The notes under the pieces: model-generated
What the model saw: the letters and a program-made list of their open reading frames with translations, nothing else
What the model was told of the DNA's origin: nothing
Database searches by the model: none
Part shown: piece by piece, positions 9,673-18,829 of the stretch
How the letters are laid out: each line of letters starts with the position of its first letter
Position numbering within the stretch: position 1 is the stretch's first letter
Made by a program: the position numbers and the translations under genes
From: Planctomycetota bacterium
Lineage (GTDB): Bacteria > Planctomycetota > Planctomycetia > Pirellulales > UBA1268
Reading direction: 5' to 3'
DNA: 64,000 nucleotides
Assembly: GCA_018970605.1 (NCBI GenBank)
Contig: JAGWWA010000004.1
Span: 2,289 to 66,288, forward strand

Positions 9673-12351
9673 ATGTTTCGGCGGGTACAACGGCGGTCGT
9701 TCGGCCGGCTGACCGGCGTTGGTACGATGCCGCAACGAGGTTCCCGCATGCTTGGCTCCCGACCCATTCTCAGCAGCCTGACGGTCGCGGTGCTGGCCCT
9801 GACCACCGCCCGGGCCATCCACGCCGGGGAGCCCGGTCCCCAAACGCCCGCACCGCAGACCCCCGGACCGCAACCCGACGGATCGGTAATCCTGCCGAAC
9901 CAGTGGTCGCTCCGCCCCGCAGGCCGGCAGGTTGGCGTCGGCGACTTCCCCGCGTCGATCGCCATGCACCCCAACGAGCGGCACGCCGTCGTCCTGCATT
10001 GCGGCCACGGCCCGCACGAACTCGCCGTGCTCGACGTCGTGGAGCGGAAACTGCTCTCGCAGACCCGGCTTGAAGAGTCGTTCCAAGGACTCGCCTTCTC
10101 CCGCGACGGTGACCGGCTCTGGGTGTCGGGAGGCGCCGCCGAGACGCTCCTCCGCTTCCGGTTCGTCGAGGGCACGCTGGTGCCCGACGGCTCCGTGGCC
10201 CTGCGAGACGCGAAACTGCGGGGAATCCCCTGCGGCATCGAGATCGCCGATGCCGACGGCACGGTCTACGTCGCCAACGTCTGGGGACACTCGATCTCCC
10301 GCATCCGCCCGGGGGCCGACGGCGCCGCCCCGCTCGTGGACGAGCTGCTGCTGACCGACACCGCGCCGAAGCCCGGCCCGGCGATCCCCGACTCCCCGGA
10401 ACCGTCGATCACGAAGCGGGCCGACGCACTGCTCGACAAGGCCGTCGCCAACGCCCCGCACCCCTGGACCTGCGTCGCCGACGACCGCCGCGGCCGGCTC
10501 TACGTGTCGCTCTGGGGCCAAGCGGCTGTGGCGGTGATCGACACCACGCAGTGGAGCATCGTGCAGCGCATCGCCGTCGAAGACCATCCCAACGAGATGG
10601 TGATGTCGCCCGACGGCGCGCGGCTGTTCGTGGCCAACGCGAACCGCAACAGCGTGTCGGTGATCGACCTCGACGCCGGCAAGACGACCGAAACGCTCGT
10701 CGCCACGCTCTCGGCCGACGCCCCGCCGGGCAACACCCCCAACTCCCTGGCGATCTCGACGGATGGCTCGCGGCTGTTCGTCTCAAACGCCAACATCAAC
10801 GCCCTGAGCGTCTGGGACGTGGCAGAGCAGGGCAGGGCGCGAAGCCTGGGCTTCATCCCGGTCGGCTGGTATCCGACGGCGGTCCGGCTCTCTGCCGACG
10901 GCGCGCGGCTGCTCGTGGCCAACGGCAAGGGTGTGATCTCCGATTCCAACCGCAACGGACCGCGGCCGGGCTACGACCCCGACGCCCCCACGCCGGACTA
11001 CATCGGGGGCTTGTTTGATGGCACCGTGTCGTTCATCGATCTTCCGGAGGACGAGTTCGAGAAACGAATGCACGCCTGGACGGCCCGCGCGTTCGCCTGC
11101 CGCCCGCCCCAGGCCGACGACGTGTTCACGGCCGAGGAACTGGAAGGCCATCCGATTCCTCTCCAGCCCGGCCAGCCGAGCCCGATCACCCACGTGATCT
11201 ACGTCATCAAGGAAAACCGCACCTACGACCAGGTGTTCGGCGACATGCCGGAGGGACATGGCGATCCCACGCTCTGCCTGTTCCCCGAACGCGTCACGCC
11301 AAACCATCACGCGCTCGCGCGGCAGTTCGTCCTGCTCGACAACTTCTACGTGGAGAGCGAAGTCAGTGCCGATGGCCACGAATGGTCGATGGGGGCCTAC
11401 GCCACCGACTTCGTGGAGCGTCACTGGCCGCTCTCCTACGGCCACAACAAGCGAAAGAAGTTCACCTACCCGAGCGAAGGCAACTTCGAGATCGCCCGCC
11501 CGGCGGGCGGCTACATCTGGGATCGGGCGATCGCGGCCGGGGTCAGCTTCCGCAGCTACGGGGAGTGGGTGGACAACGGCCCGACGCCCGATGCCCCCGG
11601 AAAGCCCAAGGCCAAGGCCCTCGAGGGCCGGATCGACCCGCTGTTTCGCAGCTTCGACCAGGAGTATTCCGACCTCAAGCGGGCCGACCGCTTCATCGCC
11701 GAACTGTCGCGATTCGAGAAGGAGGGCGACATGCCGCGGCTCCAGATCGTCCGGCTGCCCAACGACCACACGAGCGGTGCCAAGCCCGGCTCGCTGACGC
11801 CGACGGCGTTCGTCGCCGAGAATGATCTCGCCCTCGGCCGCTTCGTGGAGGCGGTGAGCCGCTCGAGGTTCTGGCCCACCACGGCAATCTTCGTGGTCGA
11901 AGACGACGCCCAAAATGGCTCCGATCACGTCGATGCCCATCGCACCGTGGCGCTAGTGATCAGCCCCTGGACGCGGCACGGCGTCGTCGACTCGAGCCTC
12001 TATTCGACGAGTTCGATGCTGCGGACGATCGAACTGATTCTCGGCCTCGAGCCCATGTCGCAGTTCGACGCCGCGGCGCTGCCGATGATCCGCTCGTTCG
12101 CGAAGGCGCCGGTGCTCGCGGCCTACGAGTGCCGGCCCGCGACCGTGCCGCTCGACGAGCGCAACGTGGCCGGCGCCTGGGGCGCGAAGCAATCCCTCGC
12201 GATGGACTTCTCGAAGGAGGACGCGACGGACGACCTGCTGCTCAACGAGATCGTCTGGAAGAGCGTCCGCGGGGCCGATTCACCGATGCCCGCGCCCCGC
12301 CGGGCCGCGTTCGTGTTCGCAGCGGACGAGGATGACGAAGAGCAGGATTAG
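9673..12351 (+). CDS. beta-propeller (YncE-like) / AcpA-PLC-type phosphoesterase fusion, secreted
   Basis: Signal peptide (MLGSRPILSSLTVAVLALTTARAIHA, so the true start may be ATG 9748). Repeated propeller blades (YVANVWGHSIS, LFVANANRNSVSVID, LFVSNANINALSVWD). Phosphoesterase core ITHVIYVIKENRTYDQVFGDM, LPNDHTSG, VVEDDAQNGSDHVDAHRT. Polyacidic tail ADEDDEEQD. Confidence 0.85.
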   Translation: MFRRVQRRSFGRLTGVGTMPQRGSRMLGSRPILSSLTVAVLALTTARAIHAGEPGPQTPAPQTPGPQPDGSVILPNQWSLRPAGRQVGVGDFPASIAMHPNERHAVVLHCGHGPHELAVLDVVERKLLSQTRLEESFQGLAFSRDGDRLWVSGGAAETLLRFRFVEGTLVPDGSVALRDAKLRGIPCGIEIADADGTVYVANVWGHSISRIRPGADGAAPLVDELLLTDTAPKPGPAIPDSPEPSITKRADALLDKAVANAPHPWTCVADDRRGRLYVSLWGQAAVAVIDTTQWSIVQRIAVEDHPNEMVMSPDGARLFVANANRNSVSVIDLDAGKTTETLVATLSADAPPGNTPNSLAISTDGSRLFVSNANINALSVWDVAEQGRARSLGFIPVGWYPTAVRLSADGARLLVANGKGVISDSNRNGPRPGYDPDAPTPDYIGGLFDGTVSFIDLPEDEFEKRMHAWTARAFACRPPQADDVFTAEELEGHPIPLQPGQPSPITHVIYVIKENRTYDQVFGDMPEGHGDPTLCLFPERVTPNHHALARQFVLLDNFYVESEVSADGHEWSMGAYATDFVERHWPLSYGHNKRKKFTYPSEGNFEIARPAGGYIWDRAIAAGVSFRSYGEWVDNGPTPDAPGKPKAKALEGRIDPLFRSFDQEYSDLKRADRFIAELSRFEKEGDMPRLQIVRLPNDHTSGAKPGSLTPTAFVAENDLALGRFVEAVSRSRFWPTTAIFVVEDDAQNGSDHVDAHRTVALVISPWTRHGVVDSSLYSTSSMLRTIELILGLEPMSQFDAAALPMIRSFAKAPVLAAYECRPATVPLDERNVAGAWGAKQSLAMDFSKEDATDDLLLNEIVWKSVRGADSPMPAPRRAAFVFAADEDDEEQD

Positions 12352-12380
12352 ATCGTTACCGGCGGTGAGCCTCGTCTCGA

Positions 12381-13682
12381 TCAGGCGACGAGGTCGGCGA
12401 GCGCCGAGCGGAATCGACCGAGAAAGTCGGCGATCACCTGCTCGTCGTGGGCGGCCGACAGATACAGCTTCGTGCCCATCGGATTGAGGAACACGCCGCG
12501 AGCGAACAGCCCGAGCATCAGCCGGCGGCCGAGCCCCGGAGCCGACTGCCAGATCTCGCGGGATGACGTCACCGGGCCGCGGCGAAACACGACTTGTGCC
12601 AGCGGACCGTCGCCGATCACGGTGGCCTCGATGCCCGCATCGGCGATCGCTTCTTCCATGCCGTGGCGGAGGCACACGCCAAGATGATCGAGCCGCCGGT
12701 GGAAACCCGGCACCTCGATCTCATCGAGCACGGCCAGCGCCGCGGCACAGGACACGGGGTTGCCTCCCAGCGTGGAGGCCGTCCAGACATACTCGCCACC
12801 ACCGAGCCGTTCCTCACGAACGATCTCCATGATGTCGCCGCGGCCGCCGTAGGCGCCGAGCGGATGGCCGCCACCGAGCGCCTTGCCGTATGCCACGAGA
12901 TCTGGCACCACGCCGTAGCGTTCCTGCGCGCCGGCCACGGCAAGCCGAAACCCCGTCACCACTTCGTCGAAGATCAGAATCACGCCGTGCTTCGAACAGG
13001 CAGCCCTCACCGCGTCGAGGAACCCTGGCACTGGCGGCAGGCAGCGGTGGAGAGGCTCCACGATCACGGCGGCAAGTTCGTCGGCATGGCGGGCGATCAG
13101 GTCCGACGCCGTCTCCGCGTCGTTGAACGGCGCCACGAAGACAAGGCCCGACTCCGCGTCCGGAATGCCGGCGCCAAGGGGCTCGGGGTGCGGCCAAGGC
13201 CTCATCTCCTTGCCGAAGAGGCTCGTGGTGCCGAGATCGTGCTGCCCGTGGTAGGCCCCCTCGAACTTGAGGATGCCACCGCGGCGGCGGGCGCCGCGGG
13301 CGAGCCGCACGCACTGCAGCGTGGCCTCCGTGCCCGACGCACAGAACCGCACCTGGTCGCAGGCCGGGCTGAGGGCCACGAGTCGCTCCGCGAGTTCGAG
13401 CGACCGCGTGGTGACGTGGGCGAAGTTCGACCCGTGGACAATCTGCCTGACGACCGCGTCCATCACCCGCTCGTGCGCGTGGCCGAGCAGCACCGAGCCC
13501 CAGCCCATCGTGAAGTCGAGGTATTCGCGGCCCGCGAGGTCGCGAATCCGGCACCCCCGCCCACGGTCGATCACGACGGCGAGGTCGTGGGGCACGCCGT
13601 ACTCGCCGTTGGATCCGGCGGGAAACACGCGCCAGCTTCGGTCAGCCACCTCCGCGGCGGTGGGCTCGACGATCGTCGCCAT
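12381..13682 (-). CDS. class-III PLP aminotransferase (glutamate-1-semialdehyde aminomutase-like)
   Basis: Start at ATG 13682 preceded by AAGGAG. ASGTEATLQCVRLAR, ILIFDEVVTGFR..., and the PLP lysine context AYGKALGGGHPLGAYGG resemble HemL-type enzymes. Confidence 0.88.
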   Translation of the reverse strand: MATIVEPTAAEVADRSWRVFPAGSNGEYGVPHDLAVVIDRGRGCRIRDLAGREYLDFTMGWGSVLLGHAHERVMDAVVRQIVHGSNFAHVTTRSLELAERLVALSPACDQVRFCASGTEATLQCVRLARGARRRGGILKFEGAYHGQHDLGTTSLFGKEMRPWPHPEPLGAGIPDAESGLVFVAPFNDAETASDLIARHADELAAVIVEPLHRCLPPVPGFLDAVRAACSKHGVILIFDEVVTGFRLAVAGAQERYGVVPDLVAYGKALGGGHPLGAYGGRGDIMEIVREERLGGGEYVWTASTLGGNPVSCAAALAVLDEIEVPGFHRRLDHLGVCLRHGMEEAIADAGIEATVIGDGPLAQVVFRRGPVTSSREIWQSAPGLGRRLMLGLFARGVFLNPMGTKLYLSAAHDEQVIADFLGRFRSALADLVA

Positions 13683-13716
13683 AGAGACTCCTTCGTGGTG
13701 TGGGGGCAGGCCAGCG

Positions 13717-16416
13717 TCACTCGTCGTCCTCATCATCCTCGTCGTCTCCGCCGCTGGTCGCCCATGCTGGATAGGGAGCCGCCGATCCCTTCATCGCGTG
13801 CCAGAGCACGCGGTTGAGGGCGTCTTCCGGTGCCTTGTCAACCTCGCGGAAGTTCATCGCGGCACTGGCCAGCGCGCCCGCCTTGAGCACGGGATCGAGG
13901 ATCGCCTTCGGATCGGCGTTCATCTGGTCGAGTGGCACGGTGGCCGGACGGGACACGAACGGCGTCGGGTCGGCAAGGTCGGTGAAGCAGTCGGTCATCG
14001 GGGTCGCCGACGCATCGAACTGGTTGAGCGGCGGCATGCCGAGGATCTGCCCAATCGTCCGCAGGATGCTCGTCGTGTTGTAGCGGGTGCTGACCGTCGC
14101 ACCCCGCTTCACGTGGGGGCCGGCGACGTAGACCGTCGTGCGGTAGCCGCTCACGTGATCCCAGCCATCCTGCGGGTCGTCTTCGATCGCGAAGATCGCC
14201 ATCTTCGGCCAGAATCGGCTCTTCGACAGCGCCTCGACGATCCGGCCAAGCGCCAGGTCGTTGTCGGCGACGCAGGCGGCGGGCGTGGGGCAGCGGGGGT
14301 CGGTGCCGCTGGTGTGGTCCTGCGGGAGACAGATGATCACGAGGTTTGGATAGCGTCCCTGCCGCTCGTAGTCGGCGAGTTCGCGAAGGATGAAGTCGGC
14401 CCGAAACTGGTCGGGCACGCTCATGTCCCAGCCCACGCAACCGGACGGGGAGAAGGGGCGGATCGATTCGATCGCCGGTTCGCTGGCGAACCTCACCTCG
14501 CCCGCATCGGGGCCCGCCCGCCAGCCCGCGAAGCAGGCGGCGAAGTCGGGGCGGCCCGGCCGCGTGGCATCCCGCCAGCGGACCCGCGGCATCATGAACT
14601 CGCCGTAGTTGCGGATCGTCTTGCCGTGCTTGATGGCGCTATCCCAGAGGAAGCCAGCCGGCGACCAGGCGATCGCGTCGGTGTCGGCGTCCTCCATGCC
14701 GTCGGGGTAACTCCGTGGAAAGCCCGCGAAGCTCCGCTCCAGGTAGTTCGTGGCGACGGCCGAGGTGCTCCAGTTGTGACCGTCGGCCGAGAGGATGCCG
14801 CAGCAGTAGGCGTTGTCGAGGAGCACGAACTCGCTGGCGAGCGCGTGCTGGTTGGGCGTGATCTCGGCGCCGAAGATGCAGAGTTCGGGCCGGCCGTTGC
14901 CCTGGGGCATGTCGCCGAGCACCTGATCGTACGTGCGGTTTTCCTTGATCACGTAGACCACGTGCTCGATCAGGCTCGGCTCACCGATCCGCTCGGGGAT
15001 CGCCCGTGGCGGCTGGTCAGGCCGCGGAGGGGCGAAGGCGTCGCGGATCGCTCCGGCGCGCATGTTGCGGGCCACGCGTTCCGAGAGCGGCGGTAGGTCG
15101 TCGTCGCCGGGGATCGGCAGGATCGACACCGAGCCGTGATAGTGGTGGGAGTTGAACCCTTCGGAGGCACCGCGGGGCTTTGGTTTCACGGGTAGCCCCT
15201 TGATGTTGGCAACCGCCAGCCGCTGCCGCGCCGAATCAACGACGACGGCTCCCGGATGCCAGCCGACCGGAATCAGTCCGAGCAGCTTCGTGCCCCCTTT
15301 CTCCTCCGGCTCCCAGTCCATCACCGCCACCGCGTTTTGCGCGCCGTTGCAGACATAGAGCCGCTCGCCGTCTGGGGAGAACGCCAGGGCGTTGGGCATT
15401 GCCCCGTAAAGGTCCGCCGGGGTGCGTTTCGTCCAGACCGTGTCCACCACATCGCCGGTCGTGACGTCGAGGATGCTGAGCGTGTCGCCAGCCGAGTTGA
15501 CGCAGACAACGTGGCGGCCATCCGGGGCAACGGCAAGCGCCGACGCATGCAGGCCGACGAGCACCTCGCGCACGGCATCGGTGCCCAAGTCGACGATGTT
15601 CACCGTGCCCTCGCTGGCGATGTGCCGCACGGGATCGACGCGGACTCGCGTCCCTTTGCCGGCCGGTCCCGTCAGGTCGTCAGGCCCGGGGCGGCGGCCT
15701 CCCCAGTTGCTCACGAACGCCCGGTCGCCGACGAGGATGACGTCATACGGCGCGACGCCGACGTCGAAGGTGCGGAGCACGTCGCCGGTGGCCGCGTCGA
15801 TCTCGAACAGCCGGTTCGAGAGGTTGCCGCAGACGTAGAGTCGGCGGCCGTCCGCCGAGACGGCGAGGCCGCTGGGAATCTCGCGGGCCCGCTCGGGGGC
15901 GTTGGCCGAAGGAAGCTGGATCGAATACGAGGGCACGACCGTCGCGTCGCGCACGGCAAACACCTTCACCGAGCCATGCACGTTGCTCATGTAGAGCCGG
16001 CGACCGTCGGGGGCGAAGACGAGGCCCGTGTAGCTCTGGATTGCCTGCCCGTCGGGCTTGAGATTCCGGTCTGAATCGTCGTCGCCGGCCGGCCTGAAGG
16101 CGTCATCCGCAGGAGGCTGCACGCGGCCGAGGACCGCGCCGCTGGCAGGATCGAGCAGGACGATCTCGTTCGTCTTTCCCGAGGTCGCGAGGATGCGGCC
16201 ATCGGGCGACAGGGCGAGCACCTGCGGCCGCAGCCCCGGCAGCTCGACCTGCACGCCCACCGGGGTCACGATCTGGTTGACCGGCAGCACGGTTGTGTCG
16301 CCGTCGGACCGTCCCACGACGGCGGTGATGTCCGGGCCCTCGTCGGCCGCTCGGCCGGAGGCGGAGATCAGCGCCAGCAGCGCGGCGCCAAGGTGCAGGG
16401 GGGCGATCAGCCGCAT
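13717..16416 (-). CDS. beta-propeller / AcpA-PLC-type phosphoesterase fusion, paralog of 9673..12351
   Basis: Start at ATG 16416 (MRLIAPLHLGAALLALISASGRAADE) preceded by GAGGAG. Core IEHVVYVIKENRTYDQVLGDM, LPQDHTSG, IEDDPQDGWDHVSGYRT. Polyacidic tail GGDDEDDEDDE. Confidence 0.85.
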   Translation of the reverse strand: MRLIAPLHLGAALLALISASGRAADEGPDITAVVGRSDGDTTVLPVNQIVTPVGVQVELPGLRPQVLALSPDGRILATSGKTNEIVLLDPASGAVLGRVQPPADDAFRPAGDDDSDRNLKPDGQAIQSYTGLVFAPDGRRLYMSNVHGSVKVFAVRDATVVPSYSIQLPSANAPERAREIPSGLAVSADGRRLYVCGNLSNRLFEIDAATGDVLRTFDVGVAPYDVILVGDRAFVSNWGGRRPGPDDLTGPAGKGTRVRVDPVRHIASEGTVNIVDLGTDAVREVLVGLHASALAVAPDGRHVVCVNSAGDTLSILDVTTGDVVDTVWTKRTPADLYGAMPNALAFSPDGERLYVCNGAQNAVAVMDWEPEEKGGTKLLGLIPVGWHPGAVVVDSARQRLAVANIKGLPVKPKPRGASEGFNSHHYHGSVSILPIPGDDDLPPLSERVARNMRAGAIRDAFAPPRPDQPPRAIPERIGEPSLIEHVVYVIKENRTYDQVLGDMPQGNGRPELCIFGAEITPNQHALASEFVLLDNAYCCGILSADGHNWSTSAVATNYLERSFAGFPRSYPDGMEDADTDAIAWSPAGFLWDSAIKHGKTIRNYGEFMMPRVRWRDATRPGRPDFAACFAGWRAGPDAGEVRFASEPAIESIRPFSPSGCVGWDMSVPDQFRADFILRELADYERQGRYPNLVIICLPQDHTSGTDPRCPTPAACVADNDLALGRIVEALSKSRFWPKMAIFAIEDDPQDGWDHVSGYRTTVYVAGPHVKRGATVSTRYNTTSILRTIGQILGMPPLNQFDASATPMTDCFTDLADPTPFVSRPATVPLDQMNADPKAILDPVLKAGALASAAMNFREVDKAPEDALNRVLWHAMKGSAAPYPAWATSGGDDEDDEDDE

Positions 16417-16417
16417 G

Positions 16418-17128
16418 TCAGTGTGCTCCTCTGACGCGAGTGGCCGAGGGACTTCCCTCGCGGATGTGCACCTGGGCGTTGAAGGCGATGAGCACGCGAT
16501 CCTTGCCTCCGCGGTAGGGGAGGCCGCTGTGAAGCAGATACGAGGGAAACAACACCAGCAGGCCATCTTCGAGCGGCACGTCCATCGTTTCGTTGAGGTA
16601 CTTGTTGCCGTAGTCCCGGTACAAGCCGCCGGTGATCAGCGGCGAGTAGAAGCGGCTGCCGCCGTTCGGGGCTCCAGGGGAATCGCCTCGCCCCGACTCG
16701 CCGATCTGGAGGTAGACGATCCCGCACCAGCTGCAGCCATGGTGATGATGGGCGTCGTGAAAGCCACCGTCGTTGGTGATGTGGTACCAGCTGTCCACGA
16801 ACGTCACTACGAGGTCGTGCGGCGGCACCTCCTGCCCATTGGCCACGCTCGCCGCCATCGCCAGCGACGACTCAATGAAGCGGACGAGTTTCGTGAGTTT
16901 TTCGTGAGGCTCTCGAAAGAGATCGAAACTGCTCTCGTAGAGTCCGCGACCCGACTTGGCGGCCACCGCCACGTTGCTGTCAACGGCGCTGGCCTGCCTC
17001 GATTGAAGCTCACGAAGAAAAGCTATGATGTCGGGGCCTTCGCCGGCGAACTCACGCCAGCGTCGCGTGAAGAGCATCGTCGGCCAAGCCTGAAAGCCTT
17101 GCAGATCAAATCGCTCGGTGTCGGGCAT
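16418..17128 (-). CDS. TIGR02466/PF13759-type putative 2OG-Fe(II) oxygenase-like protein
   Basis: Start at ATG 17128 (MPDTERF...) preceded by GGAGAG. WYHITNDGGFHDAHHHHGCSWCGIVYL and LLVLFPSYLLH...RVLIAFNA match the family pattern as I remember it. The stop lies 1 nt from the next gene's ATG. Confidence 0.72.
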   Translation of the reverse strand: MPDTERFDLQGFQAWPTMLFTRRWREFAGEGPDIIAFLRELQSRQASAVDSNVAVAAKSGRGLYESSFDLFREPHEKLTKLVRFIESSLAMAASVANGQEVPPHDLVVTFVDSWYHITNDGGFHDAHHHHGCSWCGIVYLQIGESGRGDSPGAPNGGSRFYSPLITGGLYRDYGNKYLNETMDVPLEDGLLVLFPSYLLHSGLPYRGGKDRVLIAFNAQVHIREGSPSATRVRGAH

Positions 17129-17159
17129 CGTTCCCTCTCCTCGGCGCACGGTGGTTTCC

Positions 17160-17807
17160 ATGACGACTCCCAGCCTGCCGGCCGACGGCCACGTCGCCCT
17201 CGCCTTCCCCACGCTCATCGGCCGTTTCCAGATCCCGGGCACGGAGGCGATCAACGCGCGGCTCACGGAGGTCGTGCTCGAACGTGAGGCCGCCCAGCCA
17301 AGCCACGACTACGCCAATCAGGGCGGCTGGCATTCCCAAAACGACCTGCTCGACTGGCCAGGGGACGAGATCGCGGCGCTTCGCGGCTGGTTTTCGGAAG
17401 GGCTCGGCCGCATGGTGCAGGCGACCGGGCAACTCCCCGAGGTGCAGGCGCGTGGCACGGCCGCCCCACGGGGCGGGTTCCGGGTGATGGCCTGGGCCAA
17501 TGTCGCCCGCCGCGGCAACTACCACCGCATGCACAATCATCCGAGCAGTTCCTGGTCGGGCTGCTACTACGTGGCGACCGCCTCGGAGGCAGGGTCGCTC
17601 GCGGGGGCGATCGAGTTCTACGACCCGCGGCCCTTCACCGAGATGGTCGATACCCCAGGCGCCCCGTACGGCCAGCGGGTCGTCATCCGTCCGGTGCCGG
17701 GGCTGCTCGTGCTGTTTCCAAGTTGGCTCTACCACTTCGTCCACCCCAGCACGGCCGACACGGCCCGAATCTCGATCGCCTTCAACGCGCAGTGGCGGCC
17801 AGCGTGA
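17160..17807 (+). CDS. TIGR02466/PF13759-type putative 2OG-Fe(II) oxygenase-like protein (paralog, divergent)
   Basis: Start at ATG 17160 (MTTPSLP...). FPTLIG, GGWHSQ, WANVARRGNYHRMHNHPSSSWSGCYYV, IEFYDPRP, LLVLFPSWLYHFVHP...RISIAFNA. Confidence 0.75.
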   Translation: MTTPSLPADGHVALAFPTLIGRFQIPGTEAINARLTEVVLEREAAQPSHDYANQGGWHSQNDLLDWPGDEIAALRGWFSEGLGRMVQATGQLPEVQARGTAAPRGGFRVMAWANVARRGNYHRMHNHPSSSWSGCYYVATASEAGSLAGAIEFYDPRPFTEMVDTPGAPYGQRVVIRPVPGLLVLFPSWLYHFVHPSTADTARISIAFNAQWRPA

Positions 17808-18829
17808 GCGGCGGCGACGTCGAGGCCCTGCGTGCCACCCTCATCTCCTCCCCAGGCCTGTTTCCGCTGGACGTGAGCCCCGCTGGCGATGCCATGCTGT
17901 TCGTCTCTCTCACGGAAGACGACTACCGCGAGGCGAGCTTTCTGGATCGCCGCATCCTGCGGCCCGAGAGCCGCACCGGCGTGGTGCCCTGCGAGCTGAT
18001 GCGGCCGTGGCTGGCGCCGCTGCCGCGGAGTTGCGACTTCATCTTCCACGTGTCGCATGCCGGCTCCACGCTGCTCTCGCGGCTGCTCGGCTGCCACGAG
18101 GGCGTGTTTTCGCTTCGTGAGCCTGCGGCGCTGCGGTCGCTCGCCAGCGCCGCCGACACCACGGCCGACGGATTGCTCGACGACGTGCTGGGGCTCCTCT
18201 CGCGGACGTTCCGGCCCGGGCAGCGACCGGTCGTGAAGGCCACGAGCGTCGTGAACCAGATCGCCGGCCGGCTGATGGGCCAGATGACCAACGCCAGGGC
18301 CCTGCTGATGACGGTGCCGGCCGAGACCTTCCTCGCCGCGGTGCTCGACGGATCGCCCGGCGACATCGCGGCCCACGCCGCCGAGCGGTTGCTGCGGTTG
18401 CAACGGATGGGTGTGGCCACGGGCACCGAGTTGGGGAGTCTTGGCGCCGGCGAAGCGGCGGCGATGAGTTGGCTGTGCGAGAACCTCGCCCTGGCCGAGG
18501 TTGCCCACGACGTACCCAGCCGGGTTCACTGGCTTGACTTCGACCAGTTTCTGGGCGAGCCCGCCTTCCATCTTGCCGCCGCGTTTGCGTTCTTCGGCCT
18601 CGACGCGGACGTGGAGCCAATCCTCGCCGGCGACGTCATGCGGCGCTACGCGAAGCGGCCCGACGTCGCCTACGACGCAGATTTTCGCAGGCGGTTGCTC
18701 ACCGACGCCCGCAGCCGGATGGGCGGCGAGATTCAGGCCGGGCTCGACTGGCTCGCGTCGATCGGCGCGGAGAATCTGCTCGCGGGCACGCCGGCGACCC
18801 TCGTCGCAGCCCCGGTGAACCGTCACTGA
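17804..18829 (+). CDS. hypothetical protein, possibly sulfotransferase-like
   Basis: The GTG start overlaps the upstream stop (GTGA). FIFHVSHAGSTLLSRLLG resembles the PAPS 5'-phosphosulfate-binding loop (xRSGSTLL) of bacterial sulfotransferases. The function assignment is weak. Confidence 0.5.
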   Translation: MSGGDVEALRATLISSPGLFPLDVSPAGDAMLFVSLTEDDYREASFLDRRILRPESRTGVVPCELMRPWLAPLPRSCDFIFHVSHAGSTLLSRLLGCHEGVFSLREPAALRSLASAADTTADGLLDDVLGLLSRTFRPGQRPVVKATSVVNQIAGRLMGQMTNARALLMTVPAETFLAAVLDGSPGDIAAHAAERLLRLQRMGVATGTELGSLGAGEAAAMSWLCENLALAEVAHDVPSRVHWLDFDQFLGEPAFHLAAAFAFFGLDADVEPILAGDVMRRYAKRPDVAYDADFRRRLLTDARSRMGGEIQAGLDWLASIGAENLLAGTPATLVAAPVNRH

